This document shows positions 56,755 to 64,000 of a DNA stretch of 64,000 nt, one piece after another. Position numbers and translations under genes: made by a program. Each line of letters opens with the position of its first letter. Positions within the stretch are counted from its first letter, which is position 1. This DNA comes from Clostridia bacterium. GTDB lineage: Bacteria; Bacillota; Clostridia; Oscillospirales; CAG-272. The DNA lies in NCBI GenBank assembly GCA_017451485.1, contig JAFTOG010000020.1, positions 13,498-77,497 on the forward strand. Direction: 5' to 3'. Under the pieces are notes generated by a model. It made no database searches. It was given only the letters and a program-made list of their open reading frames with translations, and had not been told where the DNA came from.

Positions 56755-58388
56755 TTTTTCGATAAATCCGTTTCCCTAATAACCTTTCTTATCGGAAGCA
56801 CGAAAGTGGGGGAGACAGAAAGCTCGTCTATTCCCATTCTCAAGAATCTTTCTGTAAGGCTTGTGTCGGAGGCAAGCTCTCCACAGATGCCTACCCATTT
56901 TCCGTGGGCGTGGGCACAGTCTGCCGTATATTTTATAAGCCGTAAAACTGCCTCGTGGTGTGTATCTGCAAATTTTTCAAGCAACGGGTTTTGTCTGTCG
57001 CAGGCAAGTGTATACTGAATCAAATCGTTTGTGCCTATACTGAAAAAATCCACAAGTGGTGCAAGAGTATCACTTATAACGGCAGAGGCAGGTGTTTCTA
57101 TCATTATACCTATTTCGATATCGTTTGCGTACCGTATGCTTTCACTGTCAAGCTCTTTTTTTATTTCATCGCATATGGAAAGGGCACTCCTTACCTCATC
57201 CGGGCTTATTATCATAGGAAACATAATGCTTAAATTACCGTAAATTGATGCTCTGAACAGTGCTCTTAGCTGTGTTTTGAACACATTGGGTCTGTCAAGA
57301 CAAATTCTTATTGCTCTATATCCGAGGGCTGGATTTTCCTCTTTTTTCAGGTCAAAATAATCCACCTGCTTGTCGGCTCCGATATCAAGAGTACGGATAA
57401 TAACCCTTTTCCCACTCATAGCCTCCAAAACCCTCTTGTATATTGCAAACTGTTCATTCTCACTTGGATAGTCCCTGCTTTCAAGATAGATAAACTCACT
57501 TCTGAACAGTCCGATTCCATCGGCATCATTATAGAGTACAGAGCCCAGATTATCAACTCCACCTATATTGGCGTAGAGCTTTATTTTTTTACCGTCAAGA
57601 GTAATGGTTTCCTTTCCTCTCAGGGTTTCAAGCAGGTGCTTTTTGTTTTTATCCTCTTCAATCAGTCTGTTTATTTCCTTAAGAGCATTATCATCGGGAT
57701 TGATAAAAACCTCTCCTGTGTATCCGTTAATGGCTATGGTATCCCCATTCTGTACCGAGGTGATAAAATTGTCACCAAGACCGATAACAGCGGGAATGTT
57801 CATATTTCTTGCAAGAATTGATGTGTGGGAATTGACAGAGCCGTAGGATGTGGCGAATCCACAGATACTGTTTTTATCAAGAGTAACTGTTTCGCTGGGG
57901 GCAAGATCGGTGGCACATATAACAATATTGTTGCCTGACTCTCCCTTATTCTTTTTCCTATCCATAAGACAGTCTATCAGCCGTAGGGAAATATCCCTTA
58001 CATCGGAGGCCCGTGCCTGCATATAGGAGTCGTCCATACCCTCGAACATAGAGGAAAAGCTATCCGATGCTATGCTGACTGCGTACTCGGCATTTACCCT
58101 CTGTATTTTAATGGTATTTTCAATTGCCTCACAGTAGTCCTCATCCTCGAGCATCATTTTGTGTATTTCAAATATTTGTGCCCCCGTTTCTCCTACCTCA
58201 GTAAGTGCCTTTTTATATATTTCATCAAGCTGCGAGATAGCAGACATACGGGCTTTATCCACACGCCTAAGCTCATTTTCCACATTTTCAACACTGAAAC
58301 GGGGGATTATTTCTTCTGTTTTATTAAGCAGAGATACAACACCTATGCTAATAGCGCCATATACTCCCTTTCCCTTAAAGCATAGCAT
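56739..58388 (-). CDS. ptsI: phosphoenolpyruvate--protein phosphotransferase (PTS Enzyme I)
   Basis: 549 aa. GSVNSHTSILARNMNIPAV phospho-His region and FFSIGTNDLIQYT PEP-utilising signature. Confidence 0.92.
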   Translation of the reverse strand: MLCFKGKGVYGAISIGVVSLLNKTEEIIPRFSVENVENELRRVDKARMSAISQLDEIYKKALTEVGETGAQIFEIHKMMLEDEDYCEAIENTIKIQRVNAEYAVSIASDSFSSMFEGMDDSYMQARASDVRDISLRLIDCLMDRKKNKGESGNNIVICATDLAPSETVTLDKNSICGFATSYGSVNSHTSILARNMNIPAVIGLGDNFITSVQNGDTIAINGYTGEVFINPDDNALKEINRLIEEDKNKKHLLETLRGKETITLDGKKIKLYANIGGVDNLGSVLYNDADGIGLFRSEFIYLESRDYPSENEQFAIYKRVLEAMSGKRVIIRTLDIGADKQVDYFDLKKEENPALGYRAIRICLDRPNVFKTQLRALFRASIYGNLSIMFPMIISPDEVRSALSICDEIKKELDSESIRYANDIEIGIMIETPASAVISDTLAPLVDFFSIGTNDLIQYTLACDRQNPLLEKFADTHHEAVLRLIKYTADCAHAHGKWVGICGELASDTSLTERFLRMGIDELSVSPTFVLPIRKVIRETDLSKKEATK

Positions 58389-58392
58389 TATA

Positions 58393-58650
58393 TCAAAGAT
58401 TTTCCTTCATAAAATTTTTAATAGCCTCGGAGGCATCATTCTCATCCTCACCGTCTACCGTAATTGTTACGGTATCACCGTAATGGATTCCCATACCCAT
58501 TATTGCTATTATTTTTGTGGCAAGAGCTCTTTTTTCACCCTTTTCAATGTATATGTTGCTTTTATATACCTTTGCCACCTTGGCAAGCATACCTGCAGGA
58601 CGGGCATGGATCCCTAATTTATCCTTTATAGTGTAGGAAAAGTTTATCAT
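58393..58650 (-). CDS. ptsH: HPr-family phosphocarrier protein (His15 present, canonical Ser46 motif absent)
   Basis: 85 aa from the ATG at 58650 (RBS ggagg). GIHARPA around His15. The region aligned to KSIMGVM reads TKIIAIMGMG. Confidence 0.85.
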   Translation of the reverse strand: MINFSYTIKDKLGIHARPAGMLAKVAKVYKSNIYIEKGEKRALATKIIAIMGMGIHYGDTVTITVDGEDENDASEAIKNFMKENL

Positions 58651-58701
58651 TTGCTTTCCTCCATTTGTTTTACTCGTATTTATTATTAACACAAATTCCT
58701 A

Positions 58702-59394
58702 TTAAATACAGAGTCCGTCGTATTTTATTTTTTTTGGTATTACTGTTTTTCCATCCTTTACAATATGACCTTCGGGAATTACACCACGCAAAGAGGAAAG
58801 GGGATAAACACTTGATCCTTTACCTATGATAGTTCCTGGATTCAGCACACAGCCACATCCGACCTCAGCGTGATCTCCAAGTATTGCACCCAGTTTTTTT
58901 AGCCCCGTATCGTATTTTTTGTTACCTTTTACAGTTACAAGGGATTTATCCGACTTCAGGTTGGAGCATATTACTCCGGCACCTAAGTGGGCAAAATTAC
59001 CTATTACACTGTCACCTACATAGTTATAATGAGGAACGGCTACCTTGTCAAAAAGTATTGAATTTTTTATCTCGGTTGAATTTCCGATAACGCAGGATTT
59101 ACCGATGATTATGTTTCCTCTGAGGTAAGCCCCCGGGCGAATTTCAGTATTGTCCCCTATGATAACAGGTGGGATAATAGTTGAAAGGGGCGATATATTT
59201 ACATTTTCTCCTATATAGACACCGGGGAATAGCTCATTATATCCGACAAGGCCCTTTTCTGTAATTGATTCAATATATTCTCCGATTTTTCCAATTACCT
59301 CCCATGGATATTCCACTCCGTCAAAGAGTGGTAAGACAACGGAGGGCAAGGCATCAAAAAGCTCACATATGCGTATTTTATCTGAATTATTCAC
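58702..59394 (-). CDS. left-handed beta-helix (hexapeptide-repeat) acyltransferase, GlmU C-terminal-domain-like
   Basis: 230 aa. Repeated [LIV]-G-x4 hexapeptides (IGDNTEIRPGAYLRGNIIIGKSCVIGNSTEI...). 8-nt overlap with the upstream glmM. Confidence 0.7.
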   Translation of the reverse strand: MNNSDKIRICELFDALPSVVLPLFDGVEYPWEVIGKIGEYIESITEKGLVGYNELFPGVYIGENVNISPLSTIIPPVIIGDNTEIRPGAYLRGNIIIGKSCVIGNSTEIKNSILFDKVAVPHYNYVGDSVIGNFAHLGAGVICSNLKSDKSLVTVKGNKKYDTGLKKLGAILGDHAEVGCGCVLNPGTIIGKGSSVYPLSSLRGVIPEGHIVKDGKTVIPKKIKYDGLCI

Positions 59395-61015
59395 ACAGGT
59401 ACCCCTTTTTTTCTATTATTTCCTTAATTTCATCAATGTATTTTCTACATTCTGCTTCATTTTTACACTCGGACATAATTCTTATAACAGGCTCGGTACC
59501 GCTTTTCCTCAAAAGAATCCTGCCATTTTTGCCGAGTGACTTTTCTATTTTATCCACACACGCTTTAATATCCGTGTCATTTATTACATCGTCCTTATTT
59601 TGTACATATACGCTTTCGGTTAACTGAGGGTAAAGCGTAATATTTTTTACAAGAGCAGAGAGGTGTGTTTTTTTATCGCACATCTCCTCTGTAACCATAA
59701 GGGCAGTTAAAATTCCATCTCCCGTTGTGGCATATTTTTTAATGATAATATGTCCTGATTGCTCTCCACCCAATACATACCCGTTTCGTTGCATGCACTC
59801 AAAGACAAATCTGTCTCCGACTGAGGTAAGCTCGTATTCTATTCCCTCATCGCTTAGTGCATTTGTAAGTCCCTTGTTAGACATTACAGTTGCAACAATT
59901 TTATTGTGATCAAGAGCATCTCTTTCCTTTAATCTTCTTGCAAGGATATACATAATCATATCCCCGTCTATCACATTTCCCTTTTCGTCAATGGCTATAC
60001 ATCTGTCAGCATCGCCGTCAAAGGCAAACCCAATATCCAAATGATTTTTTACGACAAGATCGGCAAGGTGCTCTATATGAGTTGAGCCTACTCCATTGTT
60101 GATATTCAAGCCATCGGGAGAGCAGCCCGTAAGATAAAGCTGAGCACCCAGTGCATCGAATACTGCCTTGGCAATAGACCAGGATGAGCCGTTTGCACAG
60201 TCAAGACCGATTCGAAGACTTTTATATGAGTGAGAGGCTATGGAAATTAAATAGCCGATATATCTGTTTCTGCCTGCTGTATAGTCTACAATACTGCCGA
60301 TTTTTTCCCTTGTGGCAAAGGGAATATCATCGCCATCCACACCTGCCCTGCTCATTTCCCCGTCAATATAGGCTTCAATAAGGGATGCAGTATTATCGTC
60401 AAGCTTTTCGCCGTATCTGTTTAAGATTTTTATACCGTTATCATAAAAGGGGTTGTGGGATGCCGTTATCATAACACCGCAATCAAATTCATCACATCTT
60501 GTAATGTATGATACGCTTGGTGTTGTGGTTACATGGAGCATATATGCATCAGCTCCCGATGCTGTGATGCCGGCAATAATAGAGTATTCCAGCATATAGC
60601 TTGATCTTCTGGTGTCCTTACCTATCAGAATACGGGCCTTTCTGTTGGCTTTTCCGATTTTGTTATAGTACCATCCGATAAATCTTCCTACACGGTATGC
60701 CTGATAAGAGGTTAAGTCAACATTAGCCTCTCCACGAAATCCGTCTGTTCCAAAATATTTGTTTTTTATTTCGTTATCCGCTTTGTTGACCCTTGCGTCA
60801 TCCCTTTGTGGAAGGCTTAAATCGTTAAGCAACAGCTCGTCAGAGCTGACACCGAAGATGTTGCAGAGCAGAGCTATTTTATTAAGCTGTGGCATAGCCT
60901 CTCCCAATTCCCATTTAGAAATCGACTGCCGTGATACATTGAGCTTTTCTGCCAATGCCTCTTGAGATATACGGGAGGAAATTCTCAAGTGAGCAATTTT
61001 TTCACCAATAGTCAT
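59387..61015 (-). CDS. glmM: XRE-type HTH domain fused to phosphoglucosamine mutase
   Basis: Residues 1-~65 are a Cro/C1-type HTH (ISQEALAEKLNVSRQSISKWELGEAMP). From ~86 onward there are KYFGTDGFRG and the active-site loop TASHNPFYDNGIK, followed by full-length PGM/PMM domains. Confidence 0.85.
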   Translation of the reverse strand: MTIGEKIAHLRISSRISQEALAEKLNVSRQSISKWELGEAMPQLNKIALLCNIFGVSSDELLLNDLSLPQRDDARVNKADNEIKNKYFGTDGFRGEANVDLTSYQAYRVGRFIGWYYNKIGKANRKARILIGKDTRRSSYMLEYSIIAGITASGADAYMLHVTTTPSVSYITRCDEFDCGVMITASHNPFYDNGIKILNRYGEKLDDNTASLIEAYIDGEMSRAGVDGDDIPFATREKIGSIVDYTAGRNRYIGYLISIASHSYKSLRIGLDCANGSSWSIAKAVFDALGAQLYLTGCSPDGLNINNGVGSTHIEHLADLVVKNHLDIGFAFDGDADRCIAIDEKGNVIDGDMIMYILARRLKERDALDHNKIVATVMSNKGLTNALSDEGIEYELTSVGDRFVFECMQRNGYVLGGEQSGHIIIKKYATTGDGILTALMVTEEMCDKKTHLSALVKNITLYPQLTESVYVQNKDDVINDTDIKACVDKIEKSLGKNGRILLRKSGTEPVIRIMSECKNEAECRKYIDEIKEIIEKKGYLCE

Positions 61016-61104
61016 AAATATCTCCTTTTCGGTTTTTATTTAGTATCTGTTATTATAATACTACAATTATAGGAAAAATCTACCAACTTTAATTAGAAAA
61101 CCGA

Positions 61105-61121
61105 TTGCAACCTGAGGTTGC
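61105..61121. promoter_or_regulatory. perfect inverted repeat TGCAACC-tga-GGTTGCA upstream of the HTH-glmM gene
   Basis: Read directly. Lies ~90-105 nt upstream of the start codon at 61015. Candidate operator. Confidence 0.4.
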
Positions 61122-61153
61122 ACAAAAATAAGGCGTATACTGTTAGTATACGC
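61121..61153 (-). terminator. rho-independent terminator of the DUF3794-LysM gene
   Basis: ggcgtatac tgtta gtatacgcc. On the minus strand it is followed by ttattttt. Confidence 0.8.
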
Positions 61154-61162
61154 CGAAAATAT

Positions 61163-62689
61163 TTATATGATTATGGATTTTACATTTTCGAGGGAATATG
61201 ATGAGAGATCATTGTCCTCAACTATTTTTCTTTCTGTGGTGTGATATTTTTTTGCCACCTCCCAAAGTATATCACCGTCCTTCGGAAAAAAGATACGAAC
61301 ACAGGATGCATCATTTTTATATTCACTGTCTTTGTTTAAGATTGCACTGTCAAGAATTTCTGTTTTTTCTTTTTTCAGAACCGATAGAGACGGATATATC
61401 TCCAGCATAATACAGAATTTATCGTTTTCGTATCTGGCATCATTGACTGTAGCGTCATAGTTGATTCGTGATATAATATCCTCTCCATCACATATCATAT
61501 CTGTTCTGAAGGGGATTTCATATTCCTCACATAAAAACTCACCGTTTTTGGTTTTTCCTATAACCTGTGCAAGCACCTTGCCCAAAAGAGCTATTTTTCC
61601 ATTCTTTATTTCAGCCTTATCGGGTAATACCTCGCATAGAGTATCTATAATTTCTTCAATTTCGGGCTCTTTTCTTTTGAACTTGTCATTAACAGAGAAG
61701 GAATGATTTTTTGCAAGTACAAGAGAATATGTGTCAATTTCCTTAAAGGCTGTTTCGGTTTCATGCTTTGTGGAATAACAATCCTCTGTTACCGGGCTTT
61801 CCTCATTTCTGTAGAATTCTCCCTCTATTTCGCAGTTCAAATCAAAAAATAGGTGGGAGGTATCGCTGCTTTGCTCGTTTGAAACGGAGAGACTAACGCA
61901 TCTTCCAACGCAACGCACCGAGTCTGTAGCGAGGGAGCCTTCGGCTTCTAAATCCTCATACACGGGGAGGGATTTTGTAAGCATTATTTCCTTTTCGCCG
62001 TCGTTGCACAGACATCGTACATTAACTGTGCCTCGGACAGCAATATATCCGGAACGGGCCTTGCAATCTGTAATAATCATCTGTGCGTCACACATCAGTG
62101 GAGTCATAGATGCTTTGCTTCCTATATCGAATTTATCGGACATTCTTATATTTTGCATGGAAACAGGCTTTAAGGAAACAGTATTAAGAGTTTTTGTCCG
62201 TCTTTGTATATACATTTCATCTGCTGTGGATTTGGGGCTTATCTGTTCTTCGATTTCGTTTTCTACAAACGATAGTATCCTGCTTTTCAGTCTGGTTTTA
62301 ATTGTTAGCTTTCTCGGTGCTGTAACCCTGCAGTTAACATTGTCGACCCCCGTGTCGATAAAAACCGTCTCCACACTGTCCGGAATAATTGTTTTACCCT
62401 CGTAGGCACTTGATAAAGGAATGGATCGCAGCTTCCCCTCGTCATCGGTGTATATCACAGTATATGTAACTGTCCCGTCAAATTCAAGGCTTGTGTTTGT
62501 CCCAGAATCGGATATGAATTTTCCCTCCGGTAAAACGGATGCTCTTGTGTGTAATACCCGACGGACCTCGGGGATATAATCAGGTAAAGAAAACTCCTCA
62601 CTTATCTCATTTACAAGCTGTATATCGGATGAAACGGAGGTAATAACAGCTTTTTTCGGCATTTGGGAATTTATGGTTGCTTCACTCAT
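61163..62689 (-). CDS. DUF3794 (SPOCS) domain protein with C-terminal LysM domain
   Basis: 508 aa. Repeated beta-rich DUF3794-like segments. C-terminal LysM (GDILWEVAKKYHTTERKIVEDNDL). Confidence 0.7.
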   Translation of the reverse strand: MSEATINSQMPKKAVITSVSSDIQLVNEISEEFSLPDYIPEVRRVLHTRASVLPEGKFISDSGTNTSLEFDGTVTYTVIYTDDEGKLRSIPLSSAYEGKTIIPDSVETVFIDTGVDNVNCRVTAPRKLTIKTRLKSRILSFVENEIEEQISPKSTADEMYIQRRTKTLNTVSLKPVSMQNIRMSDKFDIGSKASMTPLMCDAQMIITDCKARSGYIAVRGTVNVRCLCNDGEKEIMLTKSLPVYEDLEAEGSLATDSVRCVGRCVSLSVSNEQSSDTSHLFFDLNCEIEGEFYRNEESPVTEDCYSTKHETETAFKEIDTYSLVLAKNHSFSVNDKFKRKEPEIEEIIDTLCEVLPDKAEIKNGKIALLGKVLAQVIGKTKNGEFLCEEYEIPFRTDMICDGEDIISRINYDATVNDARYENDKFCIMLEIYPSLSVLKKEKTEILDSAILNKDSEYKNDASCVRIFFPKDGDILWEVAKKYHTTERKIVEDNDLSSYSLENVKSIII

Positions 62690-62750
62690 TTACTTTCTCC
62701 TTAAAACTTTTTTCAATATTACCATATGCTGAAAAAAGTTTGATTATTAC

Positions 62751-62779
62751 TTGACAAGCTACTTATTTTGAGTTATAAT
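62751..62779 (+). promoter_or_regulatory. consensus sigma-A promoter for the serS leader
   Basis: TTGACA (62751-56), 17 nt, TATAAT (62774-79). Confidence 0.7.
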
Positions 62780-62789
62780 TACAATAGAA

Positions 62790-63000
62790 AAGTTATGAAG
62801 GAAAAATAGCCGCTTCACACTTACGGAAAGAGATTGGTGCTGTCAGCTGAGAGGTGCCATCCGTATTTTGCGGTGTTCCGTTCCTGAGCTGCCCGTGAGA
62901 GCTGTGGCCGTATGACCCCGTTATAGGTCGTGAGAAAAACTTAAGGTGGTACCGTGTAAATTTTGCACCCTTTTTTTGTAAGGGGTGTTTTTTATTTTTT
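62790..63000 (+). promoter_or_regulatory. T-box riboswitch leader (tRNA-Ser expected) with terminator
   Basis: Conserved T-box sequence aaggtggtaccgtg (~62944-62957), AGAGA/GA-motif region near 62829, and terminator gcaccc..ggggtg + tttttt (62966-62995) directly upstream of serS. Confidence 0.8.
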
Positions 63001-63011
63001 TGGAGGAAAAT

Positions 63012-64000
63012 ATGATTGATTTAAAATTTTTAAGAGACAATCCTGAAATTGTAAAGCAGAATATCAGAAATAAATTTCAGGATGCTAAGCTCCCCTTGGT
63101 TGATGAGGTTATAGAGCTTGATGAGACCTACCGTAAATTCAAGCAGGAGGCTGACAGCCTGAGAGCAGGCAGAAATAAGCTCTCAAAGCAGATTGGTGCC
63201 CTTATGGGTCAGGGAAAGAGAGAAGAGGCAGAGGCTGTTAAGAAGCAGGTTTCCGATAACGCTAAGCGTCTTGCAGAGCTTGAAAAACTCGAGGAGGAGT
63301 ACCTCGAAAAGATTAAGCTCATTATGATGAAGATCCCTAATATTATCGACCCCTCCGTTCCTATCGGAAGAGATGACAGCGAGAATGTAGAGGTTCAGCG
63401 TTACGGTGAGCCTGTGGTTCCCGATTTTGAGATTCCTTACCACACAGAAATCATGGAAAGATTTGAGGGTATTGACCTTGACAGTGCAAGAAAGGTAGCC
63501 GGCAACGGATTTTATTACCTTATGGGTGATATTGCAAGACTCCATTCCGCAATTATCTCTTATGCCCGTGATTTTATGATTAACAGAGGCTTTACCTACT
63601 GTATTCCTCCCTTTATGATAAGAAGTGAGGTTGTAACAGGTGTAATGAGCTTTGCTGAGATGGAGGCTATGATGTACAAGATTGAGGGAGAGGATCTTTT
63701 CCTTATCGGTACAAGTGAGCATTCTATGATAGGTAAGTTCATTGATACCATCATCCCCGAGGATAAGCTCCCCCAGACTCTTACCTCATATTCTCCCTGC
63801 TTCCGTAAGGAAAAGGGTGCCCACGGCATTGAGGAAAGAGGTGTGTACAGAATACACCAGTTTGAAAAGCAGGAAATGATAGTTGTATGTAAGCCCGAGG
63901 ACAGCCCTATGTGGTTTGATAAGCTCTGGCAGAATACAGTTGATCTTTTCCGTACTCTCGATATTCCCGTAAGAACACTTGAGTGCTGCTCAGGAGACCT
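63012..64000 (+). CDS. serS: serine--tRNA ligase (5' partial, continues beyond the window)
   Basis: Open frame from ATG 63012 (RBS ggagg) to the window end. MIDLKFLRDNPEIVKQNI, coiled-coil arm, and class II motifs (FRKEKGAHG, RIHQFEKQE). Confidence 0.9.
   Translation, partial: MIDLKFLRDNPEIVKQNIRNKFQDAKLPLVDEVIELDETYRKFKQEADSLRAGRNKLSKQIGALMGQGKREEAEAVKKQVSDNAKRLAELEKLEEEYLEKIKLIMMKIPNIIDPSVPIGRDDSENVEVQRYGEPVVPDFEIPYHTEIMERFEGIDLDSARKVAGNGFYYLMGDIARLHSAIISYARDFMINRGFTYCIPPFMIRSEVVTGVMSFAEMEAMMYKIEGEDLFLIGTSEHSMIGKFIDTIIPEDKLPQTLTSYSPCFRKEKGAHGIEERGVYRIHQFEKQEMIVVCKPEDSPMWFDKLWQNTVDLFRTLDIPVRTLECCSGD

Noticed and set aside
56704-57018. 104-aa plus-strand ORF beginning in the right inverted repeat of the GNAT unit.
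   Set aside because: It runs antisense through the 3' end of ptsI and across its terminator. It has no RBS and is judged to be a shadow ORF.

Overview
This is a 64-kb chromosomal segment from a low-GC Gram-positive anaerobe. It looks Clostridia-like, inferred only from gene content: an iorAB/paaK operon, a T-box serS leader, NrdG, and a DUF3794-LysM spore-coat-type protein. I call about 63 protein-coding genes. I saw no rRNA, tRNA or CRISPR array. Most of the window is ordinary housekeeping or metabolism: uvrBA, typA, mnmG, rlmH, alaS, the serS 5' end, rpmF/yceD, dut, nrdG, ptsHI, an amino-acid ABC transporter, fucO/rhaD, and several glycoside-hydrolase or deacetylase genes. The most unusual region is 6.6-9.2 kb, directly downstream of an rlmD/rumA-type rRNA methyltransferase gene. 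There the last ~25-45 nt of that gene (encoding HVESVVCL plus a stop) recur three more times as direct repeats, each preceded by a conserved ~40-nt arm. These repeats delimit three very small ORF-bearing units with no recombinase, which resembles a cassette array or a set of decayed integrated elements. One unit carries a four-helix-bundle (23S rRNA IVS / Avd-like) gene. That gene is preceded by a ~150-nt array of sequence-diverse mini-hairpins spaced by a conserved TGAATT/AATTCA motif at ~21-23-nt phasing. A second, frameshifted and chimeric copy of this gene lies at 325-634. Secondary oddities are listed here:
- an XRE-HTH::GlmM fusion heading an operon with a GlmU-C-like acetyltransferase, an atypical HPr and EI
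- a nitrilase-superfamily::GDPD fusion
- a tightly coupled Mrr-like nuclease/AlkD-like/NrdG/Dut block
- an AT-rich islet in which a GNAT gene is flanked by ~21-bp inverted repeats
All functional calls come from motif recognition by eye. No database search was possible.
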